A stretch of 64,000 bases of DNA from assembly GCF_964355755.1 (NCBI RefSeq), contig NC_092671.1, positions 23,076,070 through 23,140,069 of the forward strand, read 5' to 3'. The notes below the pieces were generated by a model. The model did no database searches and had not been told where the DNA came from. It was given only the letters and a program-made list of their open reading frames with translations. This stretch comes from Antedon mediterranea. Its lineage: Eukaryota; Animalia; Echinodermata. Shown here in pieces: positions 50,466 through 62,213 of this stretch. Numbering within the stretch: position 1 is the stretch's first letter; every line of letters starts with the position of its first letter. A program made the translations under genes and the position numbers.

Positions 50466-50775
50466 TAGGCCTACTAATTATTTTTTAAAAACACATTTAT
50501 TTTTCAAAATTGTAAAGGTTTTGAAACTTGAAGACCAATCAAAATAAAATAAATATACCTGTTTCCCTTGTTTCAATTCACATATTACTTTATTTGTTTG
50601 TATAATCCACATGTTTATGCCAAGTTTACGACGTGTATTTACAACACAGGCGCAGACATTTTGTATTGATTGAACCATGGAGTTATACTCAATGATTGAA
50701 CTGTGAATTCTGGGTGAGACCCTTGACCTTTCTGGATTTATTTTGGGGCAAAATTATTTCTTGACCTTTGTTTGT

Positions 50776-51084
50776 TTTATCTTTATCTTTATACTGGGTG
50801 ACCTCTTCAGTCAAAGACTGATCTCCCAGAGGGCCCAGTTGGTGATCAGTGGCTGTGATGTACTAATACACCGGGGTAACCCCCTACTCGTCTCGAAAGA
50901 TGTACTAGGTTCTTTAAAGTGCACACGAGCAAGTTGTGTACACTGGACCTACGGTTTATAGTCCTTATCCGAGAAGACTCGTTCTACCACCAGAACCATG
51001 GAGTGAGTGAGCCTCGAACCCCTGCCAATGTTATGGCTACGTGATTACGGTTCCACTGTCTTAACCGCTCGGCCACTCACTGAC
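50776..51084 (-). mobile_element. Full-length tRNA-derived Deu/Nin-like SINE
   Basis: Reverse complement of the 15296 copy, plus a 3' tail gagatcagtctttgactgaagagg and (ataaag)n. Confidence 0.88.
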
Positions 51085-51435
51085 CTAGCAGGTTAAAACA
51101 ATATTCAGATGGAAAAAAAATCCCAACACTTACATTTACAGCAATTTTTCAAAAATAGACATATTATTGGAAAGTAGAGGAATTACCGAATTACATAAAA
51201 ATATGACAACAATGCGTACAATATCGCTACAAACGTGATTCCTTGTCTGTGGGGATTCCCTTGATGATACAGCCCCACACAGCCCGTAAACAACATTGCA
51301 ATGTAATAATAATGCGGCCTACACTATAAATGATTTAATCCTACCTTGGGTTAGCGAATTATAAAAAACAACCCCTAGGCTAGGACACCAACAAAATATA
51401 TGCAAAATAAATATATATTCCATGTTAAGATTTAA

Positions 51436-51981
51436 AGATGTATTGTCCCTTGAAACACAAAAAATGAAAAAAAAAATATTCTAATTTTAAATTGGCCATA
51501 TCAAAGTAATATTAAAGTTATTCACTTTAAGTCGAAAATTCGAGCCAAAAACAACAGTTTACGTAATTAACAGGTAAATTAATTAGATTACATTTTGTCT
51601 GAGAAATCGTCGCAAGCGAAAATAAACAAAGATTTCAAACCATGAGTATGCATTATGCATGATGCTAATTAGGATTGTTTACAGAACTCATCACGGTTGA
51701 GAAGGTGTTTTCACACAGATCGCGAGGAAGTTTTATGATTATGCATACAGAGTAGCCAAACAAGCGCATTGCATTATGGGATATGTTTTGATTGAAAACT
51801 TTGACTGGAAGTCAAAGTTATTTTTTGAACAAAAAAACATCTGTATTTCGGTTAAATTATTTTTTTTTGACTAATTTTTTGTGAAAGTTAAGAACTATTA
51901 TGATACTTCAAAATGACCCACTTTTTTTCGAAATTAAAAAAAAAAATTTTTGTTGGAATTAGTCAAAGGGACAATACATCT
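51436..51981. mobile_element. Kolobok-like MITE
   Basis: TTAA|agatgtattgtccctt ... aagggacaatacatct|TTAA. Confidence 0.85.
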
Positions 51982-53749
51982 TTAAGATATGCCTTTTAAA
52001 TAATTATTACAATTTACATGTGTAAAGAAAATGGCCGACTAGAATTTGGATAGAGGCAAAAAAACATGTGAATTGTGGGAACAGTTTAGAGCAGCTAAGA
52101 GAGTACTATATTACGTTTCATGTCATGCGACACAAAATCCAGGTACACGATCTTAACCCCTCGTACCGAGTAAACGTGAGAGGTTGCTGTAAACAGAGTA
52201 TCGTGTTTTATGCCATGTGACCAAAAAAAAAACTAGGTCGGCAGTCTTTTTGAGCGACCGATTAAATGTTCTGGTACTATATTTAGAATGAAATTTGTTG
52301 ACAATCTTTTTTTGTCGGGATCGTTTCTGGATCAACTGGACGTTCGCTATATTATCATTAGTTGGCCTAGGTCATTGTGTTGGATCGTGCCTCTACGTTC
52401 GTTTACATCGTGGGAAATTTATTTCGCCGTGAGTAGGTAAACACGCAAGAAGGAAACGATTACGATTAAAAAATATTATATATTTCTTATTAATTTTAAA
52501 CTTGGTCCTCTGCCAGTCAAAATTAACATTGTTACTTCACCAAGAACATCGTAGGGTTGTTTATTAAGGTTCGAACTACCTACAAAGGACTTCTTTCTTG
52601 TGTTAAGCTCAGTTGAAAACATCCAGAGGTCGACTACTATACTTTACTGTAGCTGAAACTAAAAACATGAAAAATGCTGACGTGATGACCGGCGTAAATT
52701 TTGTCACGCCATCGTTTTTCTATTTTTTTTGCCGATGTACCTTTGTTCTAATTTTAAGGGCTGGAAATTATAACATTCAAACACCGTACTGTTAAAATAG
52801 ATTTCTTTCAGATTACCGACTTTTATCTGAAATATAAATTGATATATCTAGTATTTTTAGTAACGGTAAATAGCGCGATATTAATACTGTCATAATAATA
52901 TGAAGATACGCTCCGATACGATTAACATGAGTTGGCGCCAAGTAGCAAGATAGAAGGTAATGCAAAGCGACAATTTGCTGTCACTCGCTCGCAATCAACT
53001 AAGCCTAGCCTAAATTGCGGTTATTTTTTCCATTTTTTACGTTTTTGTGAACTGTTGATGGGTTATATAATCATTGCGCTACAAATACAGCACTGTACAT
53101 TTTATTTCACTTAATTTACGAAAACTGTTTTTGCTTCACCGTATTATTAATATAAGACGTTGGTTTGGCTTCACCGTATACGGCCTTGCCGGCCTAATAA
53201 TTATTATACCGTGATGTTTGCCGCGAAAGGGGGTTCCCCGATTAGTTGATAATTTGCAAGAGTCCAAGATAATAGAAAACACGACTCTGTGACACAAACG
53301 TGTTCGAACGGCTCCATTTCGAAAAGCGTGTTGGGAACATGGTTTTTCCCATGAATATTCAATTAGATGCACTTATTAGAACGGTTGTCAAACATGTTTC
53401 AACGATGGTCAAAATTGAAACGCTTTCTTGTCGTTTGAAATGATTTACCGAAGGCGCCTTATTTTCCCGTATAGTGATTTTTATTTAATAAACAACTCCA
53501 CATTCCAACTTCATTTTTTTGTTATTGCTTTCGACCGATACTTCGCCAGTGTAGCGTAGCAAAAAGCTATACAAAACAACCTTATTGCTACACATTTTGA
53601 AAATTGTGTAGCAAAAAATACAATACAAAACTATGTTTCTCGACTTAAAAATCAGTTTGATTAGCAATATTGCTAAACAAAATTTTTAAATGAAAATTTT
53701 CCCTGTTACCATTGATATGATTTGATGGTGCTTTTCATTTTATATACAG

Positions 53750-53965
53750 TGGGAATCCCGACCATAAATCCCGGGGGGATTTTACGCAAATCCCAGCAGG
53801 ATCCCGCCGGAAATCCCGATTTTTTTCATTTTAAATTCAAGCGGGATCCCGACAGGATTTGCTTAAAATCCCACCGGGAATCCCGACCATAAATCCAAGT
53901 GGGATTTTACGCTTATCCTGCCGGAAATCCCGATCGTTTTCATTTTAAATTCAAGCGGGATCGCA
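53750..53965. repeat. atccc-rich duplicated block of about 125 bp x2
   Basis: gggaatcccgaccataaatcc...ttttaaattcaagcgggatc occurs twice. Confidence 0.7.
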
Positions 53966-54055
53966 ATGGGATGCACAGCTGCTTGACATGTGAATGACCT
54001 GTTGCTCTTAAAGATGAGATTCGAGAAGGTAGAACGATAGCTTCTATAATTATAG

Positions 54056-54240
54056 GTGGTGGCTGTGACTTTAATACACACAAATTTATTTTGGGACACT
54101 GGCTTAGACGCTCTATTTATCACTGCTTATGCCCCAGGCCAATCTGCTAGAAATCCCATAGAATGGGTATGTGGAACATGCATGTCTAAACTGACATCAT
54201 TATGGCTGCCTGATAAATTGAATGGAGAGGATCTCTGTTC
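54056..54240 (+). pseudogene. DDE transposase fragment, possibly Zator-like
   Basis: LDALFITAYAPGQSARNPIE resembles the P-x-S-x-x-N-P-I-E catalytic Glu motif. Confidence 0.5.
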
Positions 54241-54499
54241 AGAATTATACATATGTATGGCGTTATGAATAAAAGAATATCTAATCCTATTTGTATTGCT
54301 TCTAATTGCTCTTATCCGTCAACTTCTATTCACAGTTATATTAAAATTAAGGGAATGGGTAGTATCTTTCATGATGGCAGACAGCTTTCTAACTCATCAA
54401 GGTTACAGACACTTAATGGTTTTTCCTGCGATTTTCATAATGTGCACTATTTTCTTTTTGTCATTGTAAGATTATTAAACCAAATTATAAAATTACTTG

Positions 54500-54646
54500 T
54501 GTAACAATGTTAACATGAAAGATAGAGGGCGTAGTGGCGAGCTATGAGATGACAACCATTAAACAATATATGAATGTTACCACTGACGGTGAGTGCCTTT
54601 ATGTAGTATTATTGTCGACGTAAGTCGATACATGGCGTCAGAAGTG
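54500..54646 (+). mobile_element. Gypsy-type 5' LTR (about 54500-54632) and primer-binding site (54633-54646)
   Basis: TG...attaaa...CA immediately followed by tggcgtcagaagtg, a tRNA-Leu-type PBS. The LTR start is uncertain. Confidence 0.6.
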
Positions 54647-54689
54647 ATTATATATCAAGGAACTGTATGTCTTCTCGAAGAGAAGACCG

Positions 54690-55320
54690 AAATCACCTAC
54701 CGGTACCTCGGAATTATAATCCAAAACAACCTAAGTTGGAATAAACAGACTGATCGAGCTATAGCCAAAGCGACCCGCATCTAAAATTTTAATAAAAGAA
54801 ATTTTTATCCTGCATCCAGAAGTATAAAGGCAAAACTGTACTCGACACTAGTTAGACCATACCTTGAATACGGTAGTGAAAAATATCACTTCCCTAGAGA
54901 AAGTTCAACGGCGAGCTGCACATTTTGTTTATAATGATTATTCCAGGAAGAACAGTGTGACTGATATGTTAACCAAACTAAATTGGATGATGTTATAATC
55001 TAGACGAGAAGTAAACCAGCTTACTTTCCTCTATAAAATTATTTAAAATAAATCAACATTAAACCAGATGCCTGCCTACCGAAGATAGATAGACTACAAA
55101 GGGGTAATGCCGCCTAACTTATTGAAGTAGCAGCAAAAACAAATATTTATTTAAATTCGTTTCTACCGAAAACGGAACAAATTACCCCAAGTTACAATAG
55201 AAGCCCCAAACCTTGACAAATTCAAAGAGATTATCTCAACTTAGGCAAGCCACTCTCCCAAGGCCTCTTTGTTAGACTTCCAAGTGGAGTTTTTAAGAGG
55301 ATAACAACCAAGTACCAAGT
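54690..55320 (+). mobile_element. CR1-group LINE 3' fragment inserted in the LTR-element leader
   Basis: RYLG..L.W, LYSTLVRPYLEY and LEKVQRRAA motifs, with tail accaagtaccaagt. Confidence 0.8.
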
Positions 55321-55501
55321 TTGTGAAGGATCGAAGTTTGCTGTAGAGAAATAGTTAGAACTATGAGGTAGGCCTAGTTGTACCCAGTATACCATGTACA
55401 GGCTGAAGAGACATGTACATGAGTACGTGTATACAGTGTTTGTGACGTAACATGAGCTAGCTACGACGAGAGTGTGTGTGATATTGTACTAGATAAATGA
55501 A

Positions 55502-55693
55502 ATGGAGGCCACTGCAGAACAAGCGCACACTGTTCCAGATCAGATAAATGTTCCATTTAATTTACCAATACCTTTGAAATTAGACATAAAAGGTAATGTG
55601 TTTACGAACTGAAAAAAGTTCAGAAGAATGTGGAACAATTATGAGATAGCAGGTGGACTGAATAAGAAAGGTAGTGAACTAAGAACAGCCACC
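55502..55693 (+). pseudogene. Gypsy gag N-terminal remnant
   Basis: P..L...GNVFTN*KKFRRMWNNYEIAGGLNKK...RTAT, with the conserved W mutated to a stop. Confidence 0.65.
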
Positions 55694-57104
55694 GTAAAAC
55701 TTCGAAAAGAAGCCCATGGGCTTAAACCTCGAAAAGAAGCCCCATGGGCTTTTTTTCAAGATAGTTTTCAAGATAGACTACTAAGTACTATACTGTATTA
55801 AGAATGTAGGTTAATTAACTGAACGTCAAAGAAATAAACAATACAAACACGTGATTAAGAGTTACTGTAGTAGGATAATTTAGTGCCAGATACTTGTGAT
55901 GCAGACTGATGATAATAATTAATATGTATGATCGTGTTTATCATACATTTATTTTACAGTTTATTGTCTTCCAAATAGTGCTTTGATCGCATCTTGTATC
56001 TTTTTCTTGTCTGCTTCGTTGCCAAATATGTAAAATCGGCAGGGAATTTCCACACTTCCAACAAGTAAGATAAGATAAGGGAGCGTGCCCAAATGTTTTA
56101 CTCCGTTAAACTTGTTGTAACGCAATTTTTACCGTAATATGCAAGCTAATTTAAATGGGGTTGGGCGTGTTCAGTGAGGCATATCAAGCCCTCCCTTTAC
56201 TAGCTACTATGCTGTTGTTATCACTCCATTGTTTAACGCGTAATTAACGGGAGACCGGACATGCTGTTCAGTGTTGCGTAACGATGATTCTAACGCGTTA
56301 TTAACAGTCCTTGTTATGGTATGTTGCGTGAAATCCTATGATGACTCAAAATAACGGGTTATTAGCAGTCCGGTCATTGTTGTTACAACGCATTGTAACA
56401 ACGTATATAATTATATTTATTAAAATAATCATGTATAATACTATATCCTAGGCCTACCGTAAAATAAAAGTATATATAGGCCTAGGCCTACACGGTAAAA
56501 TAAAAATATATAGGTCTAAGCATACTACAGTATTTACGATCCGATTCATGGTATTTTTTAGCCTGGTACGTCGGGCGACACTTGTCTAAATTTCTAATAG
56601 CCGACTTTCACTTGAAAAAAAATACGTATTTTTTATCCCTGGATGTAACATGATATTGACGCGAATACCGCACTACAGAGAGCTAGGCCATGAACGATTC
56701 GTTAAAAGTACACCGCCAGACAATCGCGTAGCTATTGTTTAGATTACATACTATAAACAATTAATAACAAAGAAAGCCTAGAAAGATAAGCTCCTCCTCT
56801 CGTTAAAATTGTTAAATAATTTTGCTTTGACTGAGCCATTTTGTGACGGTTTCAACTCTTATCCATAACATTTCATTAATTAAACAATCAAATAGATTTG
56901 CACTTTAGACAATATTTTTAAAAATAATTTACTGTATCAGTTCAGACTGTGAAGAACATGGATTTCGAAAGGTACACTTTATTTAACGCCAGGAATTCTT
57001 CTCACGGAAAAAAATGTGCTGATTGCAATTTGCATAAGCAACCAAAGATCCTGTATCTTTCTGGGATTCTGCCTTTTCCCCAGATTTATTGTTATTTGTA
57101 CACG

Positions 57105-58072
57105 ACATAAAACCTCAGTACTGTGGAATAATGCTACTCTATATAGGCCTACTGTCATTCAATACTATCGTCCGTTAGCTCGGCGTTTAACGGACACAAA
57201 CACTCAGTAACCTGTGGAATAATGCTATACTCTGTATGCTGTCATTCAATAATATCGTCCGTTAGATCAGCGTTTAACGGACACAAAAACTCAGTAGATT
57301 GTGGAATGATGCTACTCTACTGTAATTCAATACTATCGTCCGTTAGATCGGCGTTTAACGGACACAAAAACTCAGTAACCTGTGGAATGATGCTATACTC
57401 TATATGCTGTCATTCAATACTATCGTCCGTTAGCTCGGCGTTTAACGGACACAAAAACTCAGTAAATTGTGGAATGATGCTACTCTATTGTAATTCAATA
57501 CTATCGTCCGCCGTTAGCTCGGCGTTTAACGGACACAAAAACTCAATACAGTATACCATGGAGCTATAAAATTGTATAGCTCCATGAGTATACTGTGGAA
57601 TGATGCTATGCTGTCGGCGTTTAACGGACACAAAAACTCAGTAAACTGTAGAATGATACTACACTCTATATAATAGGCCTACTGTCATTTAATACTATCG
57701 TCCGTAAACTCGGCATTTAACGGACTCAAAAACTCAGTAAAACTGTGGAATATGATGCTATATAATACTGTCATTCAATACTATCGTCCGTTAGCTCGGC
57801 GTTTAACGGACTCAAAAACCCAGTATACTGTGGAATGATGGTATACTCTATATGCAGCTGTCATTCAACACTATCGTCCGTAAACTCGGCGTTTAACGGA
57901 CACAAAAACTCAGTAAATTGTGGAATGATGCTATACTCTATCTGTCATTTATTACTATCGTCCGTTAGCTCGGCGTTTAACTGACACAAAAACTCAGTAA
58001 TATAACCTGTGGAATGATGCTATACTCTATATACTGTCATCTATCGTCTGTTAACTCGGCGTTTAACGGAAC
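57105..58072. repeat. Minisatellite, about 11 units of 81-96 bp, each with a small inverted repeat
   Basis: Unit core aatactatcgTCCGTTAgctcggcgttTAACGGAcacaaaaactcagta..tgtggaatgatgcta. Confidence 0.9.
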
Positions 58073-58378
58073 AACGCACTGAATTGTAAATTCGCGCTTG
58101 GTTGAGAGCCAGTAGGGGAATTCCCTTTTTTGCGACGCCTCCCTACTGCAAGAAGGCAATTGCACATTGTTTTTATATATTTATTTTATATATATACTGT
58201 ATAAGTGTTTTGCCTATTACACCATTTAGGCCTAAATAGATACAATCGAGTCTCGGTTGGGGCGACTTTTTCTCATTCTCCCAGATTTCCTCATCTTTAT
58301 CGTTTCAAAAATTAATTAAATAATTTTCAGTGTATCACCGGGCGGTTTGGAATTTATTTCTATGCCTGTTGTGTTTAC

Positions 58379-58803
58379 AATAATTGTTAATGTACACAGT
58401 TTTTTTTTTGTATTTTGTAAAAAACATGACACCCTTGCAGCATCACGGAGGCTGCCAAAAACACCGTGGTGCGTGTGTACATCGCATCGCGTTGATAAAA
58501 AACCATGTGCTTGCTAATAACGTGACGTCATATTGCCCAAAGTTTCATCCTCTGTTTTTGGACACACTCGAGGTCAGCGATAGTTAAAGTAATAATTTAT
58601 TTACGTAATACAATAATTGTTAATGTACACAGTTTTTTTAGTATTTTGTAATAAACATGACACCCTTGCAGCAGCATCACGGAGGCTGGCCAAAAACACT
58701 GTGGTGCGTGTTGTACATCGCTTCGCGGTGATAAAAAACCATGTGCTTGCTAATAACGTGACGTCATATTGCCTAAAGTTTCCTCCTCTGTTTTTGGACA
58801 CAC
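58379..58803. repeat. Direct duplication of about 190 bp, period about 233 bp
   Basis: aataattgttaatgtacacag...tttttggacacact at 58379 and 58612. Confidence 0.85.
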
Positions 58804-59530
58804 TTAACGCGCGCGGCAGCTACAGTCAGTAAATGTTTTAGCTCTAGATAGACGGCGACCGGTTTCTATATTGTTTGGTCCATACCATCGTCCATAAAGG
58901 CTATACATGCTGATACTATCGATACGACAGTCGGGGTTTTATCCGTGTTTACAATTTCGCCATTTTTTTTTTCGGTCAAGTGTACGGGGTAAAAAATAAA
59001 AAAGGAATTAACGTCAAGCATGCTAAACAAAAAATTAGTTTATTATAGGAATGTTCTATAAGTTGAAAATGTTCAACAAAAATTGTGGAATTGTAGATGC
59101 TGATAATTTAATGTTGGGTAAGGTTGTTTTAACAGCATTTTTTTTTTGCCGTCGAAATGACGGTTTACCACAACATCATCTGCAGTTTCAAGGCCCTTTC
59201 TACAGCAATTGCCGTCGATCTTCATGTTATTATTAGATATTATTGTATTGAACTCTGTAATGTGTGGTGTGATATTGTCAGTACAAGGGTCCGTTAAATG
59301 AGCGTTTAACGAATATAAAACCGATCTGTTAGGTCGGCGTTTAACGGACGAAAACAACGGACGTTGTTCTTCCGTTGTACGCGTTAGATAGTAAATTCAA
59401 TTTCATTGTACAGTATTAACCATGATACGCTCTACTGAGTACAGACCGCCCAACTCATTAACGTTTTGCATATTATTAACGCATTTAAACGTCTATTAAC
59501 GGAGTAAAAACATTTGGGCACGCTCCCTAA

Positions 59531-60010
59531 GATTAGATAACTTTTATTGATCCTCAAAAAGGAAATTCATTGCTCGTCATAATAAAAAACAAAAGAAAAC
59601 AAAATACAAATATAGCATATAACCATTCATATAAAAACATCTAAAAAATACAAAATATGTTAAGTTAATATCTTCTGGACTTCCTGTTGTACTGGATGAT
59701 ACCGGAGGGAATAATTTGTTTTCACACTGAGGAGCCTCAATCTACCACTTGGATTAAGTTGGTCTATGATTACTTTGTGGAGAGGATGAGAGGCATCCAA
59801 CTCAATGCGTTCGAAATCTTTCTGGAGGTGTTCTAGGTGCACATCGGTAAAGGAAGGCAGTTCCAGACCAGCTCGACGGATGAAAGTTTCAAGGCGTCCT
59901 TTATTCCCTCCGGTAACATTACCAGCTCAACAGGAGAGGCATGTCAGAGTCATGTTGAGTGCGTTTGGAGGCGATGACCGCCTTTTTTCCGGCTCCAAAA
60001 TTTTGAGATA
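59531..60010 (-). mobile_element. Rex1/Babar-like LINE 3' fragment
   Basis: DASHPLH...PSGRLR...KTN motif and 3' end gaatttcc...ggatcaataaaag. Its (tctta)n tail continues at 56062-56078. Confidence 0.7.
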
Positions 60011-60276
60011 ATTCTCTCGTTTTTTTTATATATATTGCCTTATTTGATGACTATGCTTTATACTTTTCAAAAGAAGAAGGTATTGTGACTAAAAGGAGGA
60101 CAGTTTCCATCATTGTACTGGTGTTTACGTTCATTAATTTTGGCCTTTGACAGCTAGCCCCTGTCAATACCAATCAATCATTTTGATTGACAGGCTTACC
60201 TTAGGGCTTCACAGGTGTGCTACTCGCTATGACGTCATCCAGCTGCGGCGTTCAACGTACTACCTTGGGTAGCCAG

Positions 60277-62213
60277 ATGGAATTAACTAATGACATTGAC
60301 GTGCCATCAACTAGTACCAGTGATCTACTATCTTCTGTAAGTGAAACTACTATTCACCAACCAGGTGATGTTTTAATTAATGAATTGTTGTGCTTTCTCG
60401 TTAATAACATGGGTTCAATGACTTTTGACCGTCTTCACGCTATCACTGTTGCAAATTTCACGTTAAATGACATTAAAGCTGCAAAGGATTTACTATGTGC
60501 GCGTGTCCCCGATAAGGAAAATAATGTGCACATACCAAGACGAAAAGGTGATATTATAGTAACTGACATGCTCAGTTACCTGGTAAATTGTGATGCATCG
60601 TCTTTGCCTACATTCACAGCTGCAAATCTGTCTAAAATCCCATTTGTAGATGTGGAACACATTGATGCAACTTTGCTGCTCAGAGAGGTTCACAAACTGC
60701 GATCGGATTTTACCATGATGAAGGCAGATATCGCTTATGCAACTAATCAGAAATGCAAATTGGCCCAGCAAGTGAGAGAAGCTATGCAGACACAGCATTC
60801 TCCTGCACCGACTACCCGTAAACCTGAGAATTATCCAACAAAGCAAATAGTTATTCCTGACGAACCGTATTATAAACCACATGATTGTAAGAATTCTCAA
60901 ATTCCGTCCGCTGAAGCAATTGTTGGTGAAATTTCCAAGAATATAGAAGGGAATCCTCGTAAGGGGAATCCCCATACTAAAGAAGATGATGTTCAATCTG
61001 CATCATCAGCTTGTATTCCTGTTAATCCAATGAACACATTCGCGTCTGCTGTAAAGAACACAAAGGTGAGCTCAGGCTGGAGTGAAGATGAGGATGGATT
61101 TCGCTTTCAAAGAAGAAAACAACGCCGTCAGTCCAAATTTAAACAAGGAACCGGTGATGAGGGTATTGAACTTAAGGCTAGGCCTCCACCACCTTATAAA
61201 CTATACCTGGGTAATATGGATAATGACACTAAAGCAACAGATGTGCAATCATACCTGAAAAGAGCCAAGAACATTACTGTCACCGTCAATGCTCTTGAAA
61301 GTAAACGAACAGACTGTGCCTCTTTCATGATACAATGTGAATTTAATGAAAAAGATATTGTTAATGATACTAATATCTGGCCATTAGGAGGTTTTATGAA
61401 CCTAAATATAAGCAGGGTAATGAATGACTCACATAAAATTAACAAACTTAGGGTAGTCTCCCTTAACTGTAATTCTTTTAAATCTGCTCAAAAAGAAATT
61501 TATGATCTCTGTGATGTTCATGACATTGTATGTTTACAAGAGATTTGGTTGACAAATGATGAGCTACCCATGCTTAAAAATTTTCACCCTGATTTTGATT
61601 GTTTTAGTGTTTCCCCCATGGATTCGGCCTCATTACTTGTGGGACGGCCATATGGGGGTGTAGCGACACTATTTAGGAAAACATTACACGATGTTGTTAA
61701 ACTTGTTGATCTTAAAGATAATAGGCTTGTCGCTATTGAGGTTGGCAAGGGTAGGGATAAAACCTTATTTGTTAACCTGTACTTACCCTATGAATGCGAC
61801 GACAACTTTGGTGAATATTTACAATATTTAGGTAAAATCGAAAGTATTGTTGAAGAGTTTGACAATGACAAAGTAGTCCTTGTTGGTGATTTTAATTCTG
61901 ATCCAAAGAAAAAATTCGGTAACGAATTGATTGATTTTTGGACTGAGTATAACTTGGTTATATCTGATTTGGAATACTTTGGTCATTACTCAGATACGTT
62001 TACTTATTTTAGTGATGCTCACAGTACCACAAGTTGGTTAGACCATGTTGTGAGCACTCATAGTTCCCATTCTCTGCTATGTAATTTTATAGTTAATTAT
62101 GATTTTATGTGTTCTGATCACTTTCCTATTTCGTTTGACTATTTGGGCATTGATACTTGTGATCATTGTAATGACAAGGGTGAAAATATGCATGAATCCT
62201 CAAAAAATATTAA
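60277..62213 (+). CDS. RTEX-like LINE ORF1 fused in frame to the ORF2 AP endonuclease
   Basis: ORF1 motifs NELLCFL, AK..L, LPTF.A..L.KIP and WP.G. APE motifs SLNCNS, CLQEIW, GRPYGG, VGDFN, WLDH and SDH. Confidence 0.85.

Larger units (their letters stand above)
56079..59527. mobile_element. 3.45-kb Harbinger-like non-autonomous element
   Basis: TAA|gggagcgtgcccaaatgtttt(t)actccgttaa TIR at both ends, with TAA TSD at 56076-56078 and 59528-59530. Confidence 0.88.

Noticed and set aside
52153-52180. piggyBac element starting ttaa|cccctcgtac
   Set aside because: No matching opposite terminus was found in the window.
57222-57569. Repetitive 115-aa ORF and the many 60-100 aa ORFs in AT-rich regions
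   Set aside because: Translations of repeats or chance frames, with no domain or splice support.
57105-58072. CRISPR array
   Set aside because: The variable parts are short variants of one another rather than unique spacers. There are no cas genes, the context is eukaryotic, and the array sits inside a TIR element.
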